Assembly: GCA_002633005.1 (NCBI GenBank)
Contig: NMRA01000252.1
Coordinates: forward strand, 403,646 to 467,645
Source of the DNA: Phoronis australis
Taxonomy: Eukaryota; Animalia; Phoronida
Length of the DNA stretch: 64,000 nucleotides
Direction of reading: 5' to 3'
This document shows positions 38,463 through 50,576 of the stretch, one piece after another (the stretch's first letter is position 1; each line of letters starts with the position of its first letter). The notes beneath the pieces were generated by a model that was not told where the DNA came from, did not search any database, and was given only the letters and a program-made list of their open reading frames with translations. A program made the position numbers and the translations under genes.

Positions 38463-38961
38463 CTGCAAGAAGAGAATGTAAAGCCGGAAATAATACAACG
38501 GGTCACGTGCAAAAATTGTAATAGGCTTTTACGTATTACAACACTTTTCATGACAGGCTGGTCAGACGCCGTATCTGCCTTCTAATAGCAATGCCACATC
38601 TGAACTGGCTTTTTTCACTTGCACTCTGGGGCCAGGTGGACGTGTGCAAAAATGCCAACAAAAATAGACGTCCATATGTAAAACACACGCGTGTTTTACC
38701 CATGGTCTTATTCACGAATGTGTCCTACCAGTCTACAGGCTTACGAACGTGTGTTATACATATATGTAGGCACACAGAATAATAAGCTAATTTGAACCTC
38801 TTTTGTGGAGCTACCCAATTACAAGACGATTTGGCGGATACTGGTCCTCTTCAACCGGGTCAGTCCAGGAAAAGCTTACATCAGTCGAAAATCAGTTAAC
38901 ATGATGACGTATAAGAGAGAGAGAAAGAGGTGGTTGAGCGGGAATGTGAATTGTGGTTTAC

Positions 38962-39101
38962 CGTCTTTCCGACCATAAATATCAGCAACAGGTTTGGTGA
39001 CCTCGTCAGCTCGAGCACGTCTCCATGTCGCCTTATTGGCCGGAGAGTTCTTGAGTTCACACGAGGAGGCTTCAAAATCGCACGACATTTCGTTTAGATA
39101 T
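38962..39101 (-). CDS. MAM-domain protein exon 5 (YLNEMSCDFEASSCELKN...WRRA)
   Basis: ttacag| ... G|gtaaac, 140 nt, phase 2-1. Confidence 0.88.
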
Positions 39102-39701
39102 CTGTAACAGATAGGCCTACTATTGAATTTCCTGTCGGAAAAAAGTACTCTGGTAAATAAGCCATCACAAAACTGTTGTTTATTACTGTGAGGTCTACAG
39201 GTTAAGTCTACCATCGAATTGACGTGCATTGCAAACCCATTACCAAGTAAGCCCCTATGCCAGTTTTAATGTAGATAAAATCCAAATTGTAAGAATTTCA
39301 ACAGACGTCTTTGTTTCAAGTGTTTACAAACTTTGACTAATAATTTGTTCAAAAGGTTATCTAGGACGATTTCGATAAGTCACAAACTTGCAAGATTTTA
39401 CCTGTCAGTAAGTGATATTTTTTAATTTAAAAACCTTGAAAAATTCGATTTTGCCGGACTGCTTATAACTACTATAAATTGAGTCAGTTTAGAAAAAAAA
39501 ATTTTTTAAGTTAGCCGGCAACGTTACACATTTTTCTAGAGTTCTACTTAACATGAATCAAGCCAGTAATCACGGCATGACATATTTCCAAAGTTGGACT
39601 TTTAAAGTTAAAAGTTTAGACGCCATTGTATTGAGCGGTGTCGCCAGCCATAACACTGACGTCACGTACAAAACATGCGACCGAATGTTGGAATAGTTTA
39701 C

Positions 39702-40092
39702 CTGGGATTCTCTCGTGGACGTTTGAACACCATTGGACAATGTATGATACTAAAATCGTCAACAGCGACGCCTGCCTGTGCCCGGTCTGTGTCTATGGTG
39801 AACCCAACCACCAACCGAGCATCTCCTGGCGGCAGGGGAGCTATTACCCAGTTCCACGACATGGGGACATCTGTTTGTCTTGTTGTCGTCTGCCACGATG
39901 AACTAATTTTTCTCATTTCGTCATCTTCAGTGAAGTTGTAGACGACGACGTCTGCCGCGTCCTTGAATGCATAGAAGTAAAATTGGCCGCAACGTGCAAC
40001 GCCGTCGTCTGGGATATTTGTGGCGGGGAAAACCAAACGGGCTTGGTCACCAGCAGATGAGTTACTTTTGGCTTCCGCGTAGATGTAATAAC
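39702..40092 (-). CDS. MAM-domain protein exon 4 ((G)YYIYAEA...GDQARL...CGQFYFY...VAVDDFSI)
   Basis: aaag| ... AG|gtaaac, 391 nt, phase 1-2; joins exon 3 to give DHTTGTGNGYYIYAEA. Confidence 0.88.
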
Positions 40093-41743
40093 CTTTCGTT
40101 GGAAAAGACAATGAAATGAGAATCATAACAAGCATCTAGTTATATCATCTAGTCATGCAATGGTGAAGTTTGTTGCACAACTCAAAACAATTTACATATG
40201 CAGTTTGTTGAATGTCATTTTGTTTTGTCAGGTGTAATAAATGAATTTGTACCCGACAAAAGAATTTGCTGTGTCTGTCAGAAAACTGGGTGGGGTCCGA
40301 CATGTCTTACCGTGTTGGTCATTTTGACTTATTTTAATAAATTAGAATTGTTTCAATAGATTCCAAGGGTCACGAGCAGATGGTGTTCATCACAAGACCT
40401 TTTTGTCGGTCTGTACGTCCATAACTGACATTACGAAAACGACGGCAGGTGCTATTCATTCACCAATTGTTGAGCTATGAAGTTTTATTTTTAAATTATT
40501 TTAACAATCAGTGATATTTCCAATTTAATTTGGTAAAAAAATAGTTTGACCGTCATAAGGTCAAGTCATGCTTGGTTTTGTTTAGGCCTACATTCAGCAT
40601 GACTCACGTGACCACACACTGATGAATATATTAAGCAAGGCTGATATAAACTTCATAGTACAGCCAGGAATATAATACAGTCTGCACAGCATTACTTTGG
40701 TATAAACTTACGCCGAAAAAATGCAGCATAATTAGCAGTTTAGGCGCAAACCAGGGGAAGTAATTTTTCAACTTGGCATCTGATTTATGTTTCGGACCAC
40801 TGCATTTTCAACACGTCTATGAAAGATCAAAGATTAATAGGTTATCTAATGACTGGGATAGTTTCATCTGAGCGAAGACATGTCGTTCACGACCTACAGT
40901 TGATAAACAAACAAATCTCGTCTAAAGGACCTGAAAAATGAAGATTGTACATTTTTCTTCGCCTTAAGTACTCTCACAATGACGACGCATGTTTTATCTC
41001 ATGGCCCCGTTTGACTCTAAAACTTGATCGATCTTGCCTTGCCAGACTTTTTCCCACCGGCAATGGCGTATAGTTCCCAGTTACATATAGTCAAGGTACC
41101 TAAATTTTTAAACGGACTGCCAAATTTACGGTGTCTGACACAAAAACGCGACCCAGGTACCTTCAAACACCGTTCATGGACAAAATGTAAAGTCGGCTTC
41201 GACAGGTGTCCTGGGTGCGAGAATAAGTAAAGCATTATTTAAACTCCTTATTTGTTCTACAATTTATTGATGTTGATGTTGATGTTTGTGACCTGTTTAC
41301 TATTAAGTTGATGCGCAGTAAAAAGAACATTTGAAATGCATCAGTTTAAGCATGACTAGAAATATTTCAGTGTCTCTTGTGAAAGTTAGTTCAAATTGTA
41401 TTTTTGTACTAAAACCAAGTTTTTGCAGGCGAATGTGTTGCCACATACATGAAAGTTGATCATTTCCCTGTGGGCGGAGTAATAATGACTATTTCGCGCT
41501 ACTTATCCAGGAAGCCGATGTATTCGGCATGCTTTATTTATAAGAATGAACCGTGTTTGGCGGTCGTGTACCATCCTGTTTCAACGTGAATGTGGGTCCA
41601 TGACCATGTATTTTGGGTGAATCGCTCGTGTTTTGTAAGTCCGATACCGTGTACGTAAGTCATACCGTACGTACGTGAGTTAGTGAACGGTGTTTGCACG
41701 GGAATGTACATGTACGTGAGTCGCGTTATTGGCACTCCGTTAA

Positions 41744-44700
41744 GGTAGGTGTATACACTGTCTGGTCAAATCTCCAGGTTCCTAACTAAAATGAGTAAAA
41801 AGGGAGTTTTAACTAGTTAGACATGACTATGAAAGTGACAAAAATCGAAAAAACTTGAAGTTCATTTTTTTTTAAATCGTATTTTTTAATTTTCAAAAAA
41901 TCCGATTTTACCTCGATTTTTTTTCAAAATGCAAAGATATTATCATCAACTGTTTCCTTACGCAATATTCTACATACACATACCAAATATATGTACAAAA
42001 TCATTATCATCTTGATTTTGCGGCATTTTTTTGCGTGTGAGTTGGGGCAAGCAGGCCACTGTTTTGTCATTTGGTCACTCTCCGTCTAATGTCTAAAAAT
42101 CTGGTCCATGTATCCAAAAACCCTGGCACACGATTTTACTTCATTACTTGAGGATTTCAATTTTGCAAATTTCGTAAAAATTGACCCACGTGTTGCGGAA
42201 AAATAGGCCCGAGAATCTTGTCACTATCTTGAAATCACCAGCCAAGAAAAACGGCTTTGAAGTTAAGCGGTCTTCGATTGCCACTTGAGATCAAATTTCA
42301 GTGGCGGATCTACGGGGGGGTTCAGGGGGTTTAAACCCCCCCCCCTCGGGCCAGGACCCAAAAATTAAAAAAAAAAAAACAAAAGCGTATCCAGCAAAAC
42401 AAAAACGGCACCACCAGCGTGTGTAAACCCCAAGTAAACCAANNNNNNNNNNNNNNNNNNNNNNNNNNNNNNNNNNNNNNNNNNNNNNNNNNNNNNNNNN
42501 NNNNNNNNNNNNNNNNNNNNNNNNNNNNNNNNNNNNNNNNNNNNNNNNNNNNNNNNNNNNNNNNNNNNNNNNNNNNNNNNNNNNNNNNNNNNNNNNNNNN
42601 NNNNNNNNNNNNNNNNNNNNNNNNNNNNNNNNNNNNNNNNNNNNNNNNNNNNNNNNNNNNNNNNNNNNNNNNNNNNNNNNNNNNNNNNNNNNNNNNNNNN
42701 NNNNNNNNNNNNNNNNNNNNNNNNNNNNNNNNNNNNNNNNNNNNNNNNNNNNNNNNNNNNNNNNNNNNNNNNNNNNNNNNNNNNNNNNNNNNNNNNNNNN
42801 NNNNNNNNNNNNNNNNNNNNNNNNNNNNNNNNNNNNNNNNNNNNNNNNNNNNNNNNNNNNNNNNNNNNNNNNNNNNNNNNNNNNNNNNNNNNNNNNNNNN
42901 NNNNNNNNNNNNNNNNNNNNNNNNNNNNNNNNNNNNNNNNNNNNNNNNNNNNNNNNNNNNNNNNNNNNNNNNNNNNNNNNNNNNNNNNNNNNNNNNNNNN
43001 NNNNNNNNNNNNNNNNNNNNNNNNNNNNNNNNNNNNNNNNNNNNNNNNNNNNNNNNNNNNNNNNNNNNNNNNNNNNNNNNNNNNNNNNNNNNNNNNNNNN
43101 NNNNNNNNNNNNNNNNNNNNNNNNNNNNNNNNNNNNNNNNNNNNNNNNNNNNNNNNNNNNNNNNNNNNNNNNNNNNNNNNNNNNNNNNNNNNNNNNNNNA
43201 CATTGGGACGTTTATTTCGAAAATTGCAAGAGATGCAAATAGGTCCTGGGATGCTTCGTCAAGGTTTGAAGTAGTCCATGATGAACGGATCAAATTTAGT
43301 TGCGCATGTAAGTCTTTTGAATGGACTTGGCAACCTCAAGGGTATTAGTGTCAACTGAGCTGCGAAACGAGATGCTGACATTGTAGAGGCTTACAAGCCC
43401 ATTGACACAGCAGTTGACGAAGTGCAAGCGTTGGGAACAAACATCGAAGATATCTGGGTAGAATGGTTCGAAGACGAGCAAATCATTGGATCCGATATAC
43501 AAATTCTTCGGCAGTCTAGACAACAGAAGGATAGGACTAACGTGTGAGTAACCTCTGGGGATTAATATTTTAGAGAAATTTTCAATTCAAAATTTTTTGC
43601 ATAGTACACTTTAGATCTCGCGACGGACCAGACCAGCTTGATTTGTGTAAATGTTGAGTTTCAGTGTACTTGTGGTCCCTCGGCGAACTAGTCTTGTGAT
43701 TTTTTTACCAAAGTGTGCTTTGTAAAACTATTTATCTCAGCCAGTACTGTTTGGTCCCGCGACAGATCGACTATTTTTATAGGGATAATAAGCACAAGTG
43801 TACTCTTGGTCTCGTGACGGACCAGGTCAGCTTTTTGTGTACTCTCAGTGTACATCTGGACCCTCTGCAAACTAGTCCAGAGTATCTTTTCACCACTGTG
43901 CGCAGGATGTTTTGGTTTCGTGAAACTGTTTTCAGATGATTTGTTTCCTGATAGATTTGACGTTTTTCAATTGTTGTCAACGTGATTCAGCTTAATAAAG
44001 TGATACCTAATTATTTATTGTCGCTTTTAATAATAGACTATGAGTAGAGAGCACCATCGTTCGCCAGTTTTTCTCGTAACGAGACAGAACACATGTTTAT
44101 TTCCGGACTAACAGTACAGGTCTTCGTTCTTAAACAACTTGATGCTGCTGTTACGCGATCATCTGATATTCAAGCTTTTACGCCCCGTCGGTGTTCCTTA
44201 ATTATGCTCTTGAATATTTGGAAATTGTCTAAACCCCTGTATACACACCACTCTTTTTCTTATACGACTTGTCGTATGCTAAAAAAGGTGTGTGTAAGCA
44301 GATGTTCCAACAAAAGTTTTTGCTGGTGGCGTGACTCATACCCAGATTTGGTTTCACGAAACTTATGAGCCAAGTTCATGTGACGAAATCGAGAAGGGTT
44401 TTTAATTATCTTAAGAAAAACTCCAGAAACATGTTAAGTGCCAGAAACTTACCAGGATGCATGGAAATTTCACTATTTGGCTACAGAAACAAAACAATAT
44501 CTTTCACGGGAGGGGAAACCCTTCGTTCAGAATGCGTAGTCATTATGTTTCAATTTTGTTGAAGTACTAGAAATTAAGCTGATATTTACTTCATGTTTAG
44601 AAAATGTGACATACCTGTTTGTTTACAGCGTAATTTTAATCATTTTTTCGAAGCACGGCAGACGAACAAAACAAATATGGCTGTCACGTGGGCGGAGCTT

Positions 44701-45860
44701 AGCATTGATCTATTGTCTGCTGTTCTGGTGTGCCGACCACACATCGAAACCATGTGCTGATTGTTTATACGATTCATCTGAACTCTCCACTCAGTGTAGT
44801 AAAAGACTATCTAACTATATTACATGTACACAGACCTATTTGTTAGTATTCCAATATTATCACCAACCAATATATGTGTTATATCAAACCAATATTGGCG
44901 ACGAGGATAAAGAACTACTTTCATAGTAATGGTTCAACATTTTTACGTGCCTGTACCGAATGGACTTTGGGTTAAGAAAATATCACTGTCTGCGCAAATA
45001 GCGTCGCTTGGGTGAGATTCTCAAATTACTATTAAAAGTTTCTTATATTGCTTTCTTCTAAAATCGTATAATATCATGAGTTTTAATTCAGGGTTACGTT
45101 TGAATCTATGCACTAGAAAATATTTGTTATGTTGAACACTGGGTCATTTCTCCAATTCTTTGGGTTACGGCCAGTGGCAAGTTAAAAAATCCCCTGGGTT
45201 TGACAGCCTAGTTTCTCCACGGCGCGGTCCCAGCACAGAAGCACAGTTTATCTACAAAGACTACTCTGACGGCATGTAGTTGTCCATGTGTTGCGCGCGC
45301 GCGGCGTGTCTTCACAGCGCGTGCAATACCACCCACGTCGACGCTCAGCGTCCTCTCGCAAGACATCTCACCTTACCGACTTCTCTTGTACATGCACAAT
45401 TTCTGCACTGACGCCTCAAGCTGGCTTCGGTAGGACTTGGCGTACTCAACTTAATTTTTTTGCAGATAGGCAAACAGGCTCAGGCTCGGAACAGGACCTA
45501 GTTCACCATTTCACCACCAACTTTCACATGGTCAAAAATAGAATTATTTTATTCTTGGTCTTGCTACATCAATATCCGGTGGCACAGCACTCTCGATTGC
45601 CCGGTTACGCAATTTTGTTGACATGGTTAGATTAGAGCTAGTGTCCTTGTATAAGCTCCGCCCCAGTTGTCAGTCACTGAGCTGGTGAGCACTCAAGCCA
45701 TATGACTTACTGAGACTTGGTCAAATATAGCTAAAAAACAACTTTGGATTTTCAGAATGATTTTATTTTTCTTCAGTATACTGTGCATTAAGAATTAAAG
45801 ATTAGGATGACATAAAAATGTAAAAAACAGTCAAAATTATTTTTTGTGTATCCACCTACC
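41744..45860. mobile_element. Non-autonomous TIR DNA transposon with TTAA TSD (Kolobok-like)
   Basis: ttaa|GGTAGGTGTATACAC (41744) ... GTGTATCCACCTACC|ttaa (45860): 15-bp TIR with 1 mismatch and RR...YY termini. Confidence 0.75.
43200..44520 (+). mobile_element. Degenerate hAT element fragment nested in the TTAA element
   Basis: 43200-43500 resembles the transposase relic at 58241-58507 (RDADIVEAYKPIDTAVDEVQAL). 44010-44105 and 44360-44520 are reverse-complement homologues of about 55715-55805 and 53980-54140. Confidence 0.7.
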
Positions 45861-46242
45861 TTAACCGTTTTGTTTAAATAGCTTGATAGTACATAATTCA
45901 AACACATTGATCAACAAACAGCATGAAACTACCTCTACCAGCAGCATGCACATCAGTCGCCACACTTAATTTTTCTAAAAATAAGTTATACCGGCCCTAA
46001 CTGGTACTGTACTGGCCAAGTTCTTTTAATGGTTTTTGTCGGCGGCAATTGTTAAGATTCGTATAAGGAGTGCAAACTACTCTGAAGTAACCAGCTTTAA
46101 ATGTTTACAAGTCGCTACTAATGAGAATGTGCGAAAATGTTCGTTTGGAAACCAAATTTCAATTTCTCTGTGAAATTCGGTATTTCATTTTTTCGTATAC
46201 TATTCAAATGTTTATCTCGTGCGCCTTGTGAGTACAACTTAC

Positions 46243-46752
46243 CGTTCCCTGTTCCCGTAGTATGGTCTTTATCAGGCCTGCCGATACCTCCCTTGCCTCC
46301 TTCCGCCGCCATAATCCTTGTCCATTGTAGCTCTGCGTAGGCACTGTTAGACAATCCACACAAACTACTTTCGAAATCACATTTTTGAGAGTCCACCGGA
46401 ATTGGCTTCGTTACCCTGCAGTTGTAAAGTCGGATGTCGTCAAGGCCAATGATGCTGAACGCTGCGGGATTGGGTATACCGGCTTCGAATTCAATCGTGA
46501 AGTTTCCGTAAGGGAGTGCGATATAACCTTGACCCCAGTTGAGTCTCGTAAATTGGAGATCAGGCAACCACTGCTCTTGGATACCTTTGAGAGGATCATA
46601 GCCAGCGAGAAGGGACACGTTCAACGAGGTGCTTCTATCGCCGTTTACGAAGTAAAAGAAGTTTAAGCACCAGGATCCATTGAGTGACACGTTCGGAATC
46701 TGAATGTTCATCTTCAGTGCGTGTGTGTTGTTAGTGTACACCAAGTAATGAC
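46243..46752 (-). CDS. MAM-domain protein exon 3 (end of MAM1, start of MAM2)
   Basis: ttgcag|GT CAT TAC ... G|gtaagt, 510 nt, phase 1-1; CLNFFYF, IGLDDIRL, CDFESSLCG, PDKDHTTG. Confidence 0.9.
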
Positions 46753-46798
46753 CTGCAAACGGAAATGGCGTCCATATCAGTCTACTGTGAGCAGGGAA

Positions 46799-46869
46799 CA
46801 TGCGACGATTGTTACATGTACCATGCGACGATTGTTACATGTACCATGCGACGATTGTTACATGTACCA
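46799..46869. repeat. 21-bp tandem repeat (catgcgacgattgttacatgtac-like unit) x3
   Basis: Direct reading; unit length about 21-23 bp. Confidence 0.8.
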
Positions 46870-47130
46870 ATTAGAAAGTCAGTTAATAACAAATTCAGTG
46901 ATTGGCTACATTAGTATACCGAATTGTCGCAGACGAAACTAAACTTTAGTGCACACCATTTGTCGTTATAAACTTGTTCACTGATTTTAAAAACAAAATT
47001 GATAAGTAGTTGAAATATACGTGTAATGTTTTTAACACCAGGTTCAAATAACAGAGAAAAGATGACCACAAGTGTCGTGACGTAAGCTGACTTTGTTGTG
47101 AATTGTACGTCGCATAGACCTGAAATATAC

Positions 47131-47301
47131 CTTTTTTGGAAGATGGAAAAGTGTGGTCGTGAGATGGCGCCAGTGGGCTGATTTTCTCCCGATCGCTTGC
47201 TTCTACAATTCTCCATGTCTGGCGGTCGTAGTCCAAAAATGTACACGGTGCTCCCTCAAACGTGCAGGAAAGATTCGACTTGGGAGTAGCATAGAGTGTG
47301 G
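47131..47301 (-). CDS. MAM-domain protein exon 2 (...NLSCTFEGAPCTFLDYDRQTWRIV...APSHDHTFPSSKK(G))
   Basis: ttatag| ... AAG|gtatat, 171 nt, phase 1-1; CxFE/W/PxxDHT MAM N-terminal motifs. Confidence 0.88.
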
Positions 47302-48049
47302 CTATAATTAAATGATGAGAGACAAATATGAATGGCGTGAGAAGTAAATTGAGCTAATGATGGATATCTCCTACTTTCATGATTTGATCGTATGTTGTGG
47401 TTGGGAGTTTATGTTGAGAAACTTAACGCGCCTTTGCTCATTCAAGCATGGCACAAAAATCGAAGCCTTGTCTCGTTCAAACTTGGCGTTTCATTCAATA
47501 GAAACTTTGACACGCTGACTTGGCTAGCCTCGTTGCTCCGCTTGCGAGCGTGTGCAGGGCTCTTGAAAAAATGGCGGAGACGTTGTGTAAAATTGACGCG
47601 CTCTTTCTCTAAGTAGACCCAAAATTGGTCGGGTAATGACCCATTCCAAGAAACTAACTTAGCTTTATTTTTTACTTAAGTCTAAGATTTGTCCACTCAA
47701 TCTCTTAACTTTGAAATTACTGCATCCGATAAATTAGTCAAATTTGAGGCAAAACATAAAAAATTAACTCGAACTTTTGATCTGTGTCTTGAAACAAACT
47801 TAAGACAATGTCTTAAAAAAGAGTGCAGGTGGCCTGATTTCTTTTGCGGTAGATAAGGCGGCTTTAGGCCGCAAGGTCAGGCCGCACGGTCAGGCCGCAA
47901 GGTCAGGCCAATTTCACTAATCAACTGATTATGACACATATTGGGACCTGACATCTTCGGTTTCTTCTTTTGTAAAAGTCTTTCAATCTACCTGTGGATA
48001 GAAAGACTATTAAACCTGAATGAACTAGCAATGTCAACTCGGCGGTTTA

Positions 48050-48650
48050 TGTGTTCATCAAGTATACAGTGTCTACATGTAGGTAGGGCAAGTCTCTACC
48101 AGCGGAGGAGCCTTGGCCTTCAGTCCACAGTTGGGACAAAATGAACATACTACTGTATGTCGCCTGTGATGTTACGGTGTCTAACTAGGATTCATTGCAA
48201 GTAGTTTATCCCGTTCAATCCTAGGATTCATTGTCCAGTAGTAACCTGGATCACCTGTCTGATAGCGAGCCTATCAACACAACAGCTTCTTTGAATCTTT
48301 TGGTCCAATGGGACTTAAAAATTTTTGGTTTGTCTGCAGACGGAGAGCTTTTTTCCATGGATCCACGGATATTTTAGCCTTGGTCATCTTGTCCATCACG
48401 TGAGGCGTCCAAAAGGCGATGGTTGAGAGTAACACCTAGGTACAAACTGTAGGTGACTTTTTGTTGGAGTGGGAGCTCGGTACCATACATTCCATTTCCG
48501 CTTTCAGGTGAAGATCACCACTTTCGTTCGTTTTACTGGTATTAATCTCCAAGCGAGAGACATCTTTTAGCTCAGTTAGTCAGTTTTCTAGGAACAGGCC
48601 CCAGGACCAAACTCTTTAGCCTCCTGTGACCACGACCAGTGCTTCACTTG
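48050..48650 (-). mobile_element. Highly degenerate LINE reverse transcriptase remnant
   Basis: Minus-strand fragments LEINTSKT and YLGVTLNHRL resemble the non-LTR RT thumb region; boundaries approximate. Confidence 0.5.
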
Positions 48651-48657
48651 ACTAGGT

Positions 48658-48824
48658 TAGTACCGGATTTGGAGGAAGACCAAGGGGGCCATGACCCCCC
48701 CCCCCTAAAACTCTCCCACATTCGATTTGGCAGTTCGGGGTGCAAATGTCTGACGGTCAAAACCCAGGTTAATACTCTACCATGCCACACACCCTCCTAA
48801 ATAAAAATCCTGAATCCGCCCCTG
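48658..48824. mobile_element. MITE (GGCGGAT family)
   Basis: tagtaccggatttgg ... cctgaatccgcccctg. Confidence 0.6.
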
Positions 48825-48847
48825 TAGCTATAATGTATGCATATTAC

Positions 48848-48929
48848 CCGCTGAAACTTTATCCCCGCTCACGACTCCAATCACTAAGAAGAAGGCAATC
48901 ACGGCGGTCAACGCATCTTTCACGTTCAT
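48848..48929 (-). CDS. MAM-domain protein exon 1, signal peptide (MNVKDALTAVIAFFLVIGVVSGDKVSA); six-exon CDS totals 1953 nt, 650 aa
   Basis: aagATG start, hydrophobic core ending VSG, G|gtaata donor in phase 1. An upstream acceptor ctccag| at 48937 suggests a further 5'UTR exon. Confidence 0.82.
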
Positions 48930-50230
48930 CTTGCTACCTGGAGTTGATCCTACTACGAGTGTAACCGTATGACAACATTGACTGCTATCTTATCATTCAG
49001 AACTCGTCGGACTTTTGGACCAAGCATCAATCTGAATGTAGTATCGGCGGCGTACGGCCAAAGTATGCCATGGGTTGTTTTCGTACATTCCGCAAAAACG
49101 TTCACGCGACATAGATTAGGCCTAAGTCGAAAATAGAACGGTTAAATCAAATCAAGAATAGTTTAAAAGCCAGGAGAGTCCGGGGTATTCATGCGCGGGA
49201 GCGTGCTGGATCTGCTGAAGTTCAGCCGATGCCGTGTTATACAGGATAAACGCCAATGGTGATTCGAAATTATCGATTTGCTTCTTTTTGACGTTATCTG
49301 TCCTACTTCAGTTTTGCACTTTGACGTGTCCTTGCGCCTGTCACCACTATCGCTGCTGTGACCATAACCTTTTAAGTTATGTTTTGTGTACAAGAACTCT
49401 AGCCATATAATGTATGGCAGAGGTAAAATGGACCCTGAATAGATACCAGTGCTTTGAGCGGTAGGTTCAATTCAGTTTTGTCGGGTGCACCGGGCTACGA
49501 ACACGGAAGCCAGACCGGGAGCGGGTGGGGAGCGGGTTATTTCAAATTGCCTTTTCAAATATGATGAGAGATCTCCAATGCACACATTCACTATAAAGCT
49601 ACATTTCTACCTATTTTGCCAGCTAAAAACGAAAATCGAATTCTGTATCTTACTCTAAGAACCATTGTGATAGAATTCTTCTTCTCTTCTTAACGAATAT
49701 ATCATCAATGTCTCCATGAAATTTTCCTGAGGGCGTTTATTGCGTTTCTGACCATTGCCGTACGTTAGCAAAATCGAAAATAGCCACCACATATTGTGTG
49801 CATTGGTGGCTACTTAATTAGTCAGTATTGAAAATGTAACCCTGGTTAATCCCATTAAGATGAGGCCTAGTTTCTTGAAGGTAAAACAGCTAATTCAATA
49901 TTCGTAATGTAGATGCCGAATGCTGCTTTAGCATTGCTTGTGTAGTTTACTACCTGGTAACAAGTGCGACAACAATGACGTCATTACTAACGACACATGG
50001 GACACAAATCGTTTCCAGAAGTGGTTCAGTATATTGCATATTGCGCATCTCCATTTTCCATACCCGGATGAAACATAAACGGAAGCGCGGCCATAATGCG
50101 AGCATTCAAATGATTTGAATTCCGTTATTGCAATAAAACCGCCGTTCAAAAAACGTGTGTATTGTGCAAATATTCAGATTGTAGTAGTTAACATCGGCAC
50201 ATAGTCTGATTGACAAAGTGACCGTTAATC

Positions 50231-50576
50231 CACTGGCGGATCTAGGATATAAGGGGAGACCCAACATTTTGTCTCGGGCAACCAGCGTGCACCCAGCTTA
50301 AATTCTAGGGGCCCCGAATTTCTCAGCGGACCAAAAAAGGAAAACGGTACACCGGCGATCTAGATCTGAAGCTTGCAATGCGGTCTGAACCCCGAGAACT
50401 CACACGCAACCACAAACTAAATCTGCACACGTTCTTAAATCTTGTTTCCGCCCCGTGTTAAATCCCCGGATCCTGGATTAATTAATAAACTCAATTTTTC
50501 CTTACGCTTTTACTGTTTTTATTTTTTGTGGCAGCCAAGGGGGGAGCTGTCCCCGACCCCCTAAATCCGCCTGTGT
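50231..50576. mobile_element. MITE (CAGTGGCGGATCTAG family)
   Basis: cactggcggatctagg ... cctaaatccgcctgtg; the body is similar to copies at 62179, 62428 and 63161. Confidence 0.75.
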
